From Nanobdellota archaeon (GTDB lineage: Archaea > Nanobdellota > Nanobdellia > Woesearchaeales > JACJVW01): DNA of 64,000 bases. The position numbers and the translations under genes were made by a program. The notes under the pieces are model-generated. The model had not been told where the DNA came from. It saw only the letters and a program-made list of their open reading frames with translations, and searched no databases. How positions within the stretch are numbered: position 1 is the first letter of the stretch; each line of letters starts with the position of its first letter. Shown here piece after piece: positions 1 to 9,477 of the stretch. The stretch lies in contig JBNJGT010000001.1 in assembly GCA_051819765.1 (NCBI GenBank), forward strand, positions 42,716 through 106,715, written 5' to 3'.

Positions 1-1632
1 ATTCCTCGCATTTGGAGCGATGAGCTCGTCAGATTCCTGCGTTCGCTTTAGTGCTGCCTTCACCAGGTCAAAGAACATGGGTGATGGTTGTTCAAGCCGG
101 GATGTGAGTTCCGGGTGGAACTGAGCCCCCATGAAGAAGGGGTGGTTGTCAAGCTCAACTACCTGCATGATTTTCTCGTCAGGGGTCATGCCGCTGAAGA
201 CCAGGCCTTTTTTCTCAAGTTGTTCTCTGTATTCTGGGTTGACCTCAAAGCGGTGCCTGAAGCGGCGCCTGATTGTGGTATCCTCAAATATCCTGTGGGC
301 TCTTGTGTGCTCCTTGATTTTCACATCATGGCCTCCCAACCGCATGGTACCACCTTTCTCGGTTACTTCCTTTTGCTCGGGCAGGATGTCAACAACTGGG
401 TGGGGTGTTTTCTTGTCGAACTCTGTTGAATTCGCATCTTTGAGGCCGCAGACGTTTCGGGCAAATTCAATGACTGCAATCTGCAGCCCTAAGCAGATAC
501 CGAGGAACGGGATCTTATTTTCCCTGATGTATTGGATGACTTTGATCTTTCCCTCGCTACCGCGGGAGCCGAATCCGCCTGGGACAATGACCCCATCTAT
601 TCCCTGGAGAGCCTGTTCCACTGAAGTGGTGCCTTCTTCAATCTCAGTTGTCTCGATCCAGCGGAGCTCCACGGCAGTATCCAGGTGGGCACCTGCATGC
701 TTGAGGGCTTCCATTATGCTGATGTATGAATCGTGCAGTTTAGTGTACTTGCCGCAGATCGCGATTGATACTTTCTTACGGGACCCCTTTATGTTTTTCA
801 CCAGCTTTTCCCAGTTTGCAAGGTCGCTAGTCTGCAGTGAAAGCTTGTCCTCCAGGATCTTGTCAAGGCGTTCCTGCTTGAAGATGAGGGGCAATTCATA
901 GACCTGGTCGAAGTCCGGGTCAGAGATCACATTCTCCTGGTCGACATTACAGAAGAGGGCAATCTTTTTCTTGGAGTCATTATCGAGTGTCCGGGGTGTT
1001 CTTCCTACTATGATGTCCGGCTGAATGCCGATCTCGCGGAGTTTCTGGACACTTTGCTGGGTGGGTTTTGTTTTCTGTTCACCCACGCACTCAAGTTCAG
1101 GGAGATAGGTCACATGGATGTAGAGAATGTTATCCCTGCCGACCTCGCTTCGTAGCTGGCGGGCTGCCTCATTAAAGAGCATCATCTCAATGTCTCCGAC
1201 AGTGCCTCCCATCTCGATGAGGACCACATCGGCGTTCTCTTTTTGGGCAATCTCGAAGAACCTATCTTTGATGGCGTTTGTCACGTGGGGAATCATCTGC
1301 ACTGTCTTTCCCAGGTAATCTCCTTTTCTTTCCTTTTCAATCACGTGTTGGAAGATTTTCCCTGAGGTCAGATTCCATGAGAATTTGCAGTCGATGTTGA
1401 GGAACCGCTCATAATGGCCAAAGTCCAGGTCAACTTCTCCTCCATCATCAAGCACAAATACCTCTCCATGCTCGAAGGGGTTCATGGTGCCGGGATCGAT
1501 GTTGAGATAGCCGTCGCATTTTATGCTTACAACCCTGTTTTTGGTTGAGAGCAATCTTCCGACGGATGCACTTACGATTCCTTTTCCTAGGCCAGATAGA
1601 ACTCCTCCTGTTGTGACAATGAATTTTGGCAT
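1..1632 (-). CDS. pyrG: CTP synthase (PyrG), 3' end runs off the window edge
   Basis: Minus-strand translation from the ATG at 1632..1630 starts MPKFIVTTGGVLSGLGKGI and contains GGTVGDIE, GICLGLQ and RHRFEVN-type motifs with the glutamine amidotransferase Cys. About 544 codons with no stop before position 1. Not in the ORF track because it is truncated at the window edge. Confidence 0.9.
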   Translation of the reverse strand, partial: MPKFIVTTGGVLSGLGKGIVSASVGRLLSTKNRVVSIKCDGYLNIDPGTMNPFEHGEVFVLDDGGEVDLDFGHYERFLNIDCKFSWNLTSGKIFQHVIEKERKGDYLGKTVQMIPHVTNAIKDRFFEIAQKENADVVLIEMGGTVGDIEMMLFNEAARQLRSEVGRDNILYIHVTYLPELECVGEQKTKPTQQSVQKLREIGIQPDIIVGRTPRTLDNDSKKKIALFCNVDQENVISDPDFDQVYELPLIFKQERLDKILEDKLSLQTSDLANWEKLVKNIKGSRKKVSIAICGKYTKLHDSYISIMEALKHAGAHLDTAVELRWIETTEIEEGTTSVEQALQGIDGVIVPGGFGSRGSEGKIKVIQYIRENKIPFLGICLGLQIAVIEFARNVCGLKDANSTEFDKKTPHPVVDILPEQKEVTEKGGTMRLGGHDVKIKEHTRAHRIFEDTTIRRRFRHRFEVNPEYREQLEKKGLVFSGMTPDEKIMQVVELDNHPFFMGAQFHPELTSRLEQPSPMFFDLVKAALKRTQESDELIAPNARN

Positions 1633-1650
1633 GGGGGTGATGTTCTCTAG

Positions 1651-2625
1651 GTGTTTTTAAATGTTTCTTCCTGCGAGAGTACAAAAATATTTAAGAATGG
1701 CCTGATTCACCACCGCCTGATGGTTGATGTTTCCACATATCTGCAAAACAGCAAACGGATTGTCATAAAGCTGGGGTCTGAACTGATCAATGAACGGCAA
1801 GTCATTGATTTTGCCGGGGATATCAGTGATCTTATCCAAAAGGACCAACGTGAGGTATTCTTGGTGTCAAGCGGCGCAATCAAACGTGGTAAACAGCGCT
1901 GCACTGCCCCTGGGCCTGATGATATCGTGAGAAAGCAGGTCAATGCGTCTGTTGGGCAGGGGGATCTCATTGACTTGTATCGGGATGCGTTCCAGTTTTA
2001 TGGGCTTGAACCTGCGCAGGTCTTGGTGTGCCGGAATGACATCGATCTGGATCTCTTTTTTGCGGATCCTTACTTCAAAGAGAACCCGGATATGCGGGAT
2101 TACCTTGAGGGACTGGGTCCTGTGCCAGGGGGTATGAACGGGGTGACTGGGCTCTTGTATAGGGAATATACGCGTAAGTACGAGCGCAGGCAAAACTTTG
2201 TTTCCATGACCCGACGGGTGATGCACCCTGATTCGGGGATAATCGCTATCGGGAATGAGAATGATACGATCGCAACGCAGGATATCACGTTCGGTGATAA
2301 TGATCTGCTTGCCGCACATTCAGCCAAGGCCCTTGAGGCAGATCTCCTTTTGATCATGACCCGGGTTGATGGCATTTATCCGAGGGAGGCATTCCATACG
2401 GGATGCTATGAGCCAATCCCGTACACCTGCGACATTGAGGGTTTGCGCCGCGAGTGCACCACTGAGCTGACAGCCCATGGTACGGGAGGTGGAATCTCTA
2501 AGGTGAAAGCGGCAGAGATCGCAACCCCCTATGGAACCAATGTGTTTGTTGCGGGTGGTATGCGGGATCATGCGATCAAGCGGATATTTGAGGGAGATAC
2601 TACCGGCACGTTCATATATCGATAG
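1651..2625 (+). CDS. Amino-acid kinase family protein, glutamate 5-kinase-like (no PUA domain); true start probably at the internal Met near 1720
   Basis: Contains IVIKLGSEL...FLVSSGAIKRG, ASVGQGDLIDLYRDAFQFYGL, IIAIGNENDTIATQDITFGDND and GTGGGISKVKAAEIA, which match ProB signatures. A TATA-like 'aaaaatattta' lies about 30 nt upstream of 1720, in a divergent promoter shared with pyrG. Confidence 0.6.
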   Translation: MFLNVSSCESTKIFKNGLIHHRLMVDVSTYLQNSKRIVIKLGSELINERQVIDFAGDISDLIQKDQREVFLVSSGAIKRGKQRCTAPGPDDIVRKQVNASVGQGDLIDLYRDAFQFYGLEPAQVLVCRNDIDLDLFFADPYFKENPDMRDYLEGLGPVPGGMNGVTGLLYREYTRKYERRQNFVSMTRRVMHPDSGIIAIGNENDTIATQDITFGDNDLLAAHSAKALEADLLLIMTRVDGIYPREAFHTGCYEPIPYTCDIEGLRRECTTELTAHGTGGGISKVKAAEIATPYGTNVFVAGGMRDHAIKRIFEGDTTGTFIYR

Positions 2626-2633
2626 GAATCGGT

Positions 2634-3221
2634 TCATTTGTGGGGGTTGCCCAATCTTAGTAATTTGCACGAACCAACGTACAAAGGGCCCATGGCGATG
2701 TATGCCAACTGCATCCAGGGTGGGGCGTGCAGGCAGTTACATCCGGGCAGTCCGGCATGTGCCGCGGTTGCCAGGTTTTGTATGTCCAGAACGTGATACC
2801 CTAACGATTCGGCCATGAGTAGCATTGTCCAATAGAACAGGATAAACCCTGCGATTTGCATATATGGGTTTGACAGGCGATGCTCCCAGGATGCGTGGAT
2901 GAAGTATACGAGGAAGAGGCCTGAGGCCCAGGCGAAAAGCGGAAAGAGGTTGAGTCCCAGGAGGTAGACATTTTCATGATTGTAGCTATACTGGGTATTG
3001 GCAATCATGACCCATCCCAGTGCAAATACCGAAGAGAGCAACAGGTAGTACAGGGCTACTGTCCGGCGCGTTTGCAACAGGTGGGCTGCGATGAGCAGGT
3101 ATATCGTGAGCGCAAGGATGGAGGGGTTTATGCGTGCCGCTATTATGAGTGCCAGGGCATAGACTGCGAACCTCTGGAGATTGGTATTGCTGTCCATCAT
3201 CAGTCTGAATACTGAGTTCAT
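2634..3221 (-). CDS. Polytopic integral membrane protein, unknown function
   Basis: 195-aa ORF with 5 to 6 hydrophobic helices. No recognisable motif. Confidence 0.4.
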   Translation of the reverse strand: MNSVFRLMMDSNTNLQRFAVYALALIIAARINPSILALTIYLLIAAHLLQTRRTVALYYLLLSSVFALGWVMIANTQYSYNHENVYLLGLNLFPLFAWASGLFLVYFIHASWEHRLSNPYMQIAGFILFYWTMLLMAESLGYHVLDIQNLATAAHAGLPGCNCLHAPPWMQLAYIAMGPLYVGSCKLLRLGNPHK

Positions 3222-3443
3222 TTTGGCTTGCCAGGCAGTGTCATATATAAATTATTCTTTTTGCGACGTGGATTTTGCTCCTCTTGTGATGCAGATTTGC
3301 CTTTTGAGGCTACTGACGGGGCCTTGTTTCTTACCTCTTTTTAAAGGACCCGGTCGAAGAGCATGCAATGGGATTGATGTGGCTATAGAAACTTTTAAAT
3401 AAATCATGGGATTCGGATAATCCAAAGAAGTATTTATTCAAGG

Positions 3444-4931
3444 GTGGTAAATGTGAGTGATGAAGATCCTGAAAATCTTAAGGAAACAAAAAAGAAATCT
3501 GCTAAGCCTAAGCGCGTCAAGGTAAACCGTAAGAAGACAAAGCGGCGCAAGACTGAGGTACAAAAGCCAAAAGACAATACCTTGCTCTATGTCCTTGCTG
3601 CTGTCGTGGTGGTTGCACTTGTTGTGTGGGCAGTTACCCTGACCAGTCCTGGAGGGGATCAAACGGATGATACGGATGATACGGATAGTTCTGGAATCGT
3701 TGCAACAGTCAATGGTGAGGAGATCACCATGGAAGAGATCAATCGGCAGTATGCCTTGCTCCCACCACAGATGAAGCAATCAATCACCAAGGAGACCCTT
3801 TTGAACCGAACCATCGATGAGTTGGCTTTGATACAGGAAGCAGAACAAAAGGGCATTACAGTCTCCAATACAGAAGTCCAGGAGTACATTAACCAGCTGA
3901 TGGCTCAGAGTGGTATCACTGAGGAAGCTTTGGACCAACAACTTAAGCAAACCAATATGACTCGTGATGACCTTGAGGAGATTTATAAGAAACAGCTGAT
4001 GATCACAAAACTGTTCAATCAGACCGATTTAGGAATCAGTGTAACAGATGAGGAAGTGGAAGAGTATTACAATGAGAACACCAATACAAGCCTCATCACC
4101 GTAGCACCACAGGTCCGGGCGCGTCATATCCTTGTGCAAAACGAGAGCACGGCAGAAGAATTGCTTGTCCGGCTTGAAGAGGGTGAAAGCTTTGCTGAGC
4201 TTGCACAGAACTATTCCCAGGATCCTGGTTCAGCCGAGAATGGTGGAGACCTCGGTTATTTCCCAGAGGGTGCTATGGTACCTGCCTTCAATGATGCAGT
4301 GTTCAATATGACGGTCAATGATAGTCCGCGGATTGTTCAGAGTTCATTCGGATATCATATCGTGGATGTCACAGGGACCAAGGAGGGACAGGTAAAATCC
4401 CTTGAAGAAGTAGAACCGGAAATCCGACAGGTGCTTGAACAACAGAAACAGCAAGTTGCACTGGCTGATTATATAGAATCCGTGCGGGAAGCGGCAACTG
4501 TAACTGTCAATAAGGAGGTTCTTACTGGTGGTGCAACACCTACCAACGATGAGATTGAGACCTTCTCCAAGACTGGTTCAGAGGTCTGCACTGAGGATGG
4601 AAAACCCGTGGTCCGGGTATATACATCTTCAACCTGTCCACATTGTACATGGGTCAACCCTGCTGTGGATGAGGTTCTGCGGGAATACTCTGGAGAGATT
4701 GTCGCACGACATTGGGAAGTTGACACAAAGGATGACCTTCTGACTCCGGAAGAGGAGGGGGCAATCCCTGCTCAGGACATGCAAGTGTACCAGGCAAACA
4801 ATCCGCAGGGGTATGTGCCGTACTTTGATTTCGGTTGCGTCTATACCCGTGTCGGGACCGGTTATGAACGGACCGATGACCTGGAACAGGAAAAGGCAGA
4901 ATTCCGGACAATCATTGAAGAGTTAATTTAA
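3444..4931 (+). CDS. Membrane-anchored SurA/PrsA-like parvulin peptidyl-prolyl isomerase fused to a C-terminal thioredoxin-like CxxC module
   Basis: GTG start. Polybasic N-tail (KKKSAKPKRVKVNRKKTKRRK), one TM helix, an acidic DDTDDTD linker and a SurA-N-like region. The parvulin core reads ARHILV...SQDPGSAENGGDLGYFPEGAMVPAFNDAVF...FGYHIV. The C-terminus carries VYTSSTCPHCTW. Confidence 0.7.
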   Translation: MVNVSDEDPENLKETKKKSAKPKRVKVNRKKTKRRKTEVQKPKDNTLLYVLAAVVVVALVVWAVTLTSPGGDQTDDTDDTDSSGIVATVNGEEITMEEINRQYALLPPQMKQSITKETLLNRTIDELALIQEAEQKGITVSNTEVQEYINQLMAQSGITEEALDQQLKQTNMTRDDLEEIYKKQLMITKLFNQTDLGISVTDEEVEEYYNENTNTSLITVAPQVRARHILVQNESTAEELLVRLEEGESFAELAQNYSQDPGSAENGGDLGYFPEGAMVPAFNDAVFNMTVNDSPRIVQSSFGYHIVDVTGTKEGQVKSLEEVEPEIRQVLEQQKQQVALADYIESVREAATVTVNKEVLTGGATPTNDEIETFSKTGSEVCTEDGKPVVRVYTSSTCPHCTWVNPAVDEVLREYSGEIVARHWEVDTKDDLLTPEEEGAIPAQDMQVYQANNPQGYVPYFDFGCVYTRVGTGYERTDDLEQEKAEFRTIIEELI

Positions 4932-5230
4932 TTTCATTCTAATTTTTCTTTCTTAAGATCGTAGGAGTCGATTGGCGCGTAGGTCATAGAGATGAGTGAT
5001 GCCACAAACATCAGTGTGAATACGATCATGAATGCGAACCCCCATGAAGGATAGCTTGCAAATACGTTGAATGATATAATAAGCCCGATAATACTTGTTA
5101 TCATGAAGGAACCGTTTAGTGGGGCAATTCCCATCTGCATCACCTCTTTTTTTGTTATATGTGGCCCATGTTTAAAAACTTTTTGAGTGAGAACTTTTAT
5201 AAATGAGGACCTTTTCCTCATCATAGTCGC

Positions 5231-5353
5231 GGGGGTGCCGGAGTGGCCAAACGGGATGGACTCAAGGGTATTGAGTGAAGAGCTCCCTGGAGCTATGACT
5301 GAGCAATCCATTGGCTTAGTGCCTACGAGGGTTCAAATCCCTTCCCCCGCATT
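5231..5353 (+). tRNA. tRNA-Leu(CAA) with a canonical-position intron of about 38 nt
   Basis: Acceptor GCGGGGG/CCCCCGC with discriminator A. D-arm CCG-GAGTGGCCAAA-CGG. Anticodon stem ATGGA/TCCAT with loop CTCAAG(G) interrupted by an insert after position 37. Long variable arm TGGCTTAGTGCC. T-arm GAGGG-TTCAAAT-CCCTT. CCA is not encoded. Confidence 0.8.
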
Positions 5354-5499
5354 TCTACTATAGGGTTTAATTCTGGACTCATTTGAGCTTAACTTCCCGG
5401 ATTTTCCTGTTTCTCTTTGCAGTTCTTCAAATCCTTCCAAATGTCTAATCCCTGATTGATTTGGCTATCAATGAAAAGGCTGGTTTCAGATCTTGTTTC

Positions 5500-5640
5500 G
5501 GGTTATTTTGTTTGGGGCTCTCGAGGAGATTCGTTATGGGCAACATCTCTTTGGGTGTGATTTTGATACCTCAGGCTTTAATCCTCATAATGAGACTAAT
5601 CTTCACAATGTTTCGGTCATCGCTTATTTTGAGGTTGAGG
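5500..5640 (+). pseudogene. Degenerate duplicated fragment of the downstream membrane-protein gene (5864..6505)
   Basis: 5508..5625 (ttgtttggggctctcgaggagattcgttatgggcaacatctctttgggtgtgattttgatacctcag...aatgagactaat) aligns at roughly 75% identity with 6100..6215 of the intact gene (FGALEEISYGQHFFGYDVDTS..NETN). No complete ORF is present. Confidence 0.45.
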
Positions 5641-5863
5641 CTTTTATTTGAGTACTGCGGCTATTGTAGCTTTTTTTCCTCTCTTCAGAGGTTTTTACCG
5701 TAAAATAAACTATCCCAGTGAGCAACCTAGGGGATTGATACTTGTGGTTTATTATGTCTGAAATCATATTTTCTTTTATTTTCTTAGATAGGTCTTGTAT
5801 TTTAGAGGAGCCTTTTGAGTTTTTGATATCTTTTTTGTTCTTTAGATGTAGCCAGAGAGGTAA

Positions 5864-6505
5864 TTGGTGATAAAGGGTATGTATTTTTTATATGAGTTTG
5901 CGTCAATACTTTTGATGAAAACCTTATACTGGGTAGCTTTTGCCATATTTTTTCTTAGTCTGTTTGGATTTATTGGTTGTGCAGAGACAGGCCTGATAGA
6001 GCTCTTGACGTTTGTGTTTTTCCTGCTTGCAGCATATTGGCAGTTTCGGATTTTCAGGTCTGGGAAGTATAGGCTATTCTCTTTGCTCTTTATGCTACTG
6101 TTTTTGTTCGGGGCTCTCGAGGAGATTAGCTATGGGCAGCATTTCTTTGGGTATGATGTGGATACGTCAGCCGTGAACAAACAGAATGAGACCAATGTGC
6201 ACAATATCGATTTTTATAGGATTGGTTGTCCTGAGATCATTCAAACTAGCATTGGGTGTGAAGGTGATGACTTCATCTATTTTGGGGTTCTTTTGTTCGG
6301 GGTGGCTTTATTGATGTCTCTCATTCCTGTGATTGCCCGTTTCTATAGGCGGATTGGATTTCCTGGCCATTATCCTTTGTATGGTTTGGCTTTTGGTTTG
6401 GTGATACTTTTGTCATATAACCTGTATTTTGGTTGTATCCAGGAATTTTTTGACTTCCTCATTGCCTTACTCTTTTATGGGTATAGTCATGATTTAAATA
6501 GATGA
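5864..6505 (+). CDS. Integral membrane protein, unknown family (conserved 'FGALEEISYGQHFFG' motif)
   Basis: 213 aa, multiple TM helices. A partial paralogous fragment lies upstream. Confidence 0.5.
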   Translation: MVIKGMYFLYEFASILLMKTLYWVAFAIFFLSLFGFIGCAETGLIELLTFVFFLLAAYWQFRIFRSGKYRLFSLLFMLLFLFGALEEISYGQHFFGYDVDTSAVNKQNETNVHNIDFYRIGCPEIIQTSIGCEGDDFIYFGVLLFGVALLMSLIPVIARFYRRIGFPGHYPLYGLAFGLVILLSYNLYFGCIQEFFDFLIALLFYGYSHDLNR

Positions 6506-7317
6506 GTGGATTCTTCTGGGGCATGTTTGATTATCATGTCCATACCAACTATACGTTTGATGCCCGGAGTACGGTGGATGAGTATTGTCAGGCGACATCG
6601 GCTGCAGGCATTGATGAGATCTGTTTCACGAATCATCAGGAAGCGAATCTGACACGTGGTCGCTACAAACTGGCTTTGACACGCCGCGAATGGGGGCGGC
6701 ATTTCAAGGAGGTCGAACTGGCCAGACAACAATATCCTGAATTAACCCTTCGGGTAGGGGTTGAGCTTGGCTATTATCCTGGTATGGAAGCGACGCTTGA
6801 GGCTTTCACCGCGAAGTATCCCTTTGACTATGTCCTGGGGAGTGTGCATTCAGTGAATGAGCAGATGATAAGTGCGCCTATGACCCGTGCAGTCTCAATT
6901 GACGAAGCTAATGAGGTCGCCCATGATTATTTCTCATTGGTCAAGCAGGCCATATCCTCGGAGCTTTTTGATGCTATCGGACATATAGAACTTCCCAGGA
7001 AACAGCTGCCGGGACTTCCCTTTCAAGTCTATCGGGATGAGTTGCTCGAATGTGGGGAGTTGATGCTTCGTCATGATGTGGGCTTTGAAGTCAACACTGG
7101 TGGATACCGCCATCAGGCCGGTGAAACGTATCCCCAGCCTGCTGCGTTGGAAATGCTATGTGAACTTGGCGTCACAAAGGTGAGTATGGGGTCTGATGCC
7201 CATATGACCCCAGAGTTAGGGCATGAGTTTCCTACTGCGGTTGCACTTTTAAAGCGGTGTGGGTATGGTTCTCTTTGTCGCTATGAGAACCGGGTAGCAT
7301 TATCCCAAAAACTATAA
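6502..7317 (+). CDS. PHP-domain metal-dependent phosphoesterase (histidinol-phosphatase family)
   Basis: FDYHVHTNYTFDA, GSVHSV, GHIELP and GSDAH motifs match the PHP fold metal ligands. The start overlaps the upstream stop (ATGA). Confidence 0.7.
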   Translation: MSGFFWGMFDYHVHTNYTFDARSTVDEYCQATSAAGIDEICFTNHQEANLTRGRYKLALTRREWGRHFKEVELARQQYPELTLRVGVELGYYPGMEATLEAFTAKYPFDYVLGSVHSVNEQMISAPMTRAVSIDEANEVAHDYFSLVKQAISSELFDAIGHIELPRKQLPGLPFQVYRDELLECGELMLRHDVGFEVNTGGYRHQAGETYPQPAALEMLCELGVTKVSMGSDAHMTPELGHEFPTAVALLKRCGYGSLCRYENRVALSQKL

Positions 7318-7342
7318 AAACACTGTCCTTCCTATAGTGTGA

Positions 7343-8680
7343 ATGGTCTTAGAGATACGAAGTGTTGGCGGATATAACGAGGTTGGCAAGAACATGACTG
7401 CCATCCGGGTTGATAACGAGGTCATTATCCTTGATATGGGGCTTCATCTGGAAAATTACATACGGGTCACCCAAGAGGAAGATGTGGTCAAGTTCGGAGT
7501 CAAGGATCTGACTGAGGCTGGTGCTATCCCTGACATCTCGCAGCTGAAGGAATGGAGAAGCCTGGTGTCGGCCATCATACCGACGCACGCGCATCTTGAT
7601 CACGTGGGAGCAATCCCGTATCTTGGCAACAAGTTTGCAGCGCCCATCCTGTGCACGCCTTTTACTGCTGAAGTCATTGAGTCAATCCTGCGGGATGAGA
7701 GAATAACCCTTAAGAACCCAATTAAGAAATTGAATGTCAATTCGCGATATACTCTCTCTGAATCAATCACTATTGAATTCCTGAACGGTACTCATTCAAC
7801 GCCGCATACGGTTATTGTCGCTATCCATACCCCGTATGGGGTCATTCTCTATGCAAATGATTTCAAATTCGACTTGTATCCGACTTTCGGAAAAAAACCG
7901 AATCTGGCGCGCCTCGAAGAGCTTGGGAAAGAAGGGAAGGTCCATTCACTTATTGTTGATTCCACGTATGCTCCCCACCGGAAGAAGACGCCGTCAGAGT
8001 CTGTTGCACAACTCATGTTACGGGATGTGCTCTTGGGTACTGATAGCTCCAAAAAGCTGGTGGTTGTCAGCACGTTTTCGTCGCATATTGCCCGGTTGAA
8101 GTCGATCGTCGAGTATGCGCGTAAACTGCACAGAAAGCCAATCTTCCTGGGGCGAAGCCTTGCCAAATACGCTGAGGCTGCGGAGCGGGCCAATCTCATC
8201 AATTTCAGTGAGGATGCGGAGGTCATCAAATACGCGCGCAAGATCAAGAAAAAATTGCGTGATGTGAACAAGAACAAAGAGGAGCGCCGCAAGCATCTTC
8301 TGGTTGTGACAGGTCATCAGGGAGAACCCCGGTCAGTATTATCCCGGATGATCAGCGGTGAGCTTGACTTTGAATTTGAGCCTGAGGATCATGTGGTCTT
8401 TTCCTGCACTGTCATCCCTACTGAGACAAACCTGAAGAACCGGCAGGACATGGAGGATAAACTGGCTCAGCGGGATGTGCGGATCTTTCGGGATATCCAT
8501 GTGAGCGGTCATGCTGCGCGTGAGGACCTGCGGGACCTTATCCACCTGGTGAAACCACAGCATATCATCCCTGCGCACGGTGATTTCAATATGACGTCTG
8601 CACTGGTTGATTTGTGCCGGGATATCGGCTATAAGTCTGTCTTATTGCTTCAGAATGGGGATAGTGTGGATCTCACATAG
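7343..8680 (+). CDS. Beta-CASP metallo-beta-lactamase ribonuclease (archaeal RNase J / aCPSF2-like)
   Basis: HAHLDHVGAIP (HxHxDH) plus downstream beta-CASP Asp/His motifs (HVSGHAAREDL). The 445-aa size fits archaeal RNase J. Confidence 0.8.
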   Translation: MVLEIRSVGGYNEVGKNMTAIRVDNEVIILDMGLHLENYIRVTQEEDVVKFGVKDLTEAGAIPDISQLKEWRSLVSAIIPTHAHLDHVGAIPYLGNKFAAPILCTPFTAEVIESILRDERITLKNPIKKLNVNSRYTLSESITIEFLNGTHSTPHTVIVAIHTPYGVILYANDFKFDLYPTFGKKPNLARLEELGKEGKVHSLIVDSTYAPHRKKTPSESVAQLMLRDVLLGTDSSKKLVVVSTFSSHIARLKSIVEYARKLHRKPIFLGRSLAKYAEAAERANLINFSEDAEVIKYARKIKKKLRDVNKNKEERRKHLLVVTGHQGEPRSVLSRMISGELDFEFEPEDHVVFSCTVIPTETNLKNRQDMEDKLAQRDVRIFRDIHVSGHAAREDLRDLIHLVKPQHIIPAHGDFNMTSALVDLCRDIGYKSVLLLQNGDSVDLT

Positions 8681-8683
8681 AAA

Positions 8684-8693
8684 TCTTTAAAAA
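8684..8693 (+). promoter_or_regulatory. TATA box (tctttaaaaa) about 36 to 45 nt upstream of the PCNA ATG; SD-like GGAGAGGGGG follows
   Basis: AT-rich hexamer in the archaeal promoter position. The purine-rich tract lies 5 to 14 nt before the ATG. Confidence 0.45.
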
Positions 8694-8728
8694 GATAGTA
8701 TCTCTCCAAAAGGGAGAGGGGGTTAATC

Positions 8729-9475
8729 ATGAAACTTACACTTGCAGAACCAAAATACCTGAAGGACAGTATTTCGATTATCTCTGAGTTAATCACAGAG
8801 GCACGCTTCACCGTAACCAGCCAGTCGATGAAACTGGTTGCCATGGACCCTGCGAATGTGGCCATGGTCATATTTGAGTTGTTCTCAAGCAGCTTCACTG
8901 AATATTCTCTTGAGAATGATACTGAATTTTCCATCAATCTGAATTATTTCAAGCAGATCCTCAAGCGGGCAGGCTCAAGCGATACGCTTACACTGGAGCT
9001 CAAGGAGAATAAGCTCAATATTATCCTGAAAGGATCCTCAAAGCGGAGGTTCAGCATGTCTGTGCTTGAGACAGAGGATAAGGAGCAAAAGGTTCCTACC
9101 CTTCAGTTTGCGGCAAGCATCACAGTGCCCTGTTCAATGCTTACCAATGTGGTTGAGGATGCGGCAGTCATCAACGCTGATTCCATCAGTTTCGTGTCTG
9201 ATGATAAAAAGGCATCTTTCCTTGCTGAGAGTGATCTTAACAAGGTTGATATAGACCTTGAGCCCAGTGATGAGGTGACCATCAAGAATGAGGCGGGGGA
9301 AACTGTAAAGGCAAAGTATTCTATCGAGTACCTCAAGAAGATGGTCTCGGGGGCGAAACTTTCTGAGACTGTGCGTATCAACTTCGGGAAGGATTATCCG
9401 CTGAAGCTTGAGTATGTATCAGTTGATAAGGTCAAACTCGAATTCGTGCTCGCACCTCGTGTCGAAAACGATTAG
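8729..9475 (+). CDS. pcn: DNA polymerase sliding clamp PCNA
   Basis: 248 aa. MKLTLAEPKYLKDSISIISELITEARFTVTSQSMKLVAMDPANVAMV shows the typical PCNA N-domain and duplicated fold length. Confidence 0.85.
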   Translation: MKLTLAEPKYLKDSISIISELITEARFTVTSQSMKLVAMDPANVAMVIFELFSSSFTEYSLENDTEFSINLNYFKQILKRAGSSDTLTLELKENKLNIILKGSSKRRFSMSVLETEDKEQKVPTLQFAASITVPCSMLTNVVEDAAVINADSISFVSDDKKASFLAESDLNKVDIDLEPSDEVTIKNEAGETVKAKYSIEYLKKMVSGAKLSETVRINFGKDYPLKLEYVSVDKVKLEFVLAPRVEND

Positions 9476-9477
9476 CC

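Noticed and set aside
88-901. Plus-strand ORFs 88..429 and 131..901
   Set aside because: They lie entirely antisense to the well-supported pyrG coding sequence. Low-complexity S/L/R-rich translation typical of shadow ORFs.
4934-5311. 125-aa minus-strand ORF
   Set aside because: Its 5' portion overlaps the tRNA-Leu gene (5231..5353). At most a short C-terminal hydrophobic peptide (4934..5142) could be real. Not supportable.
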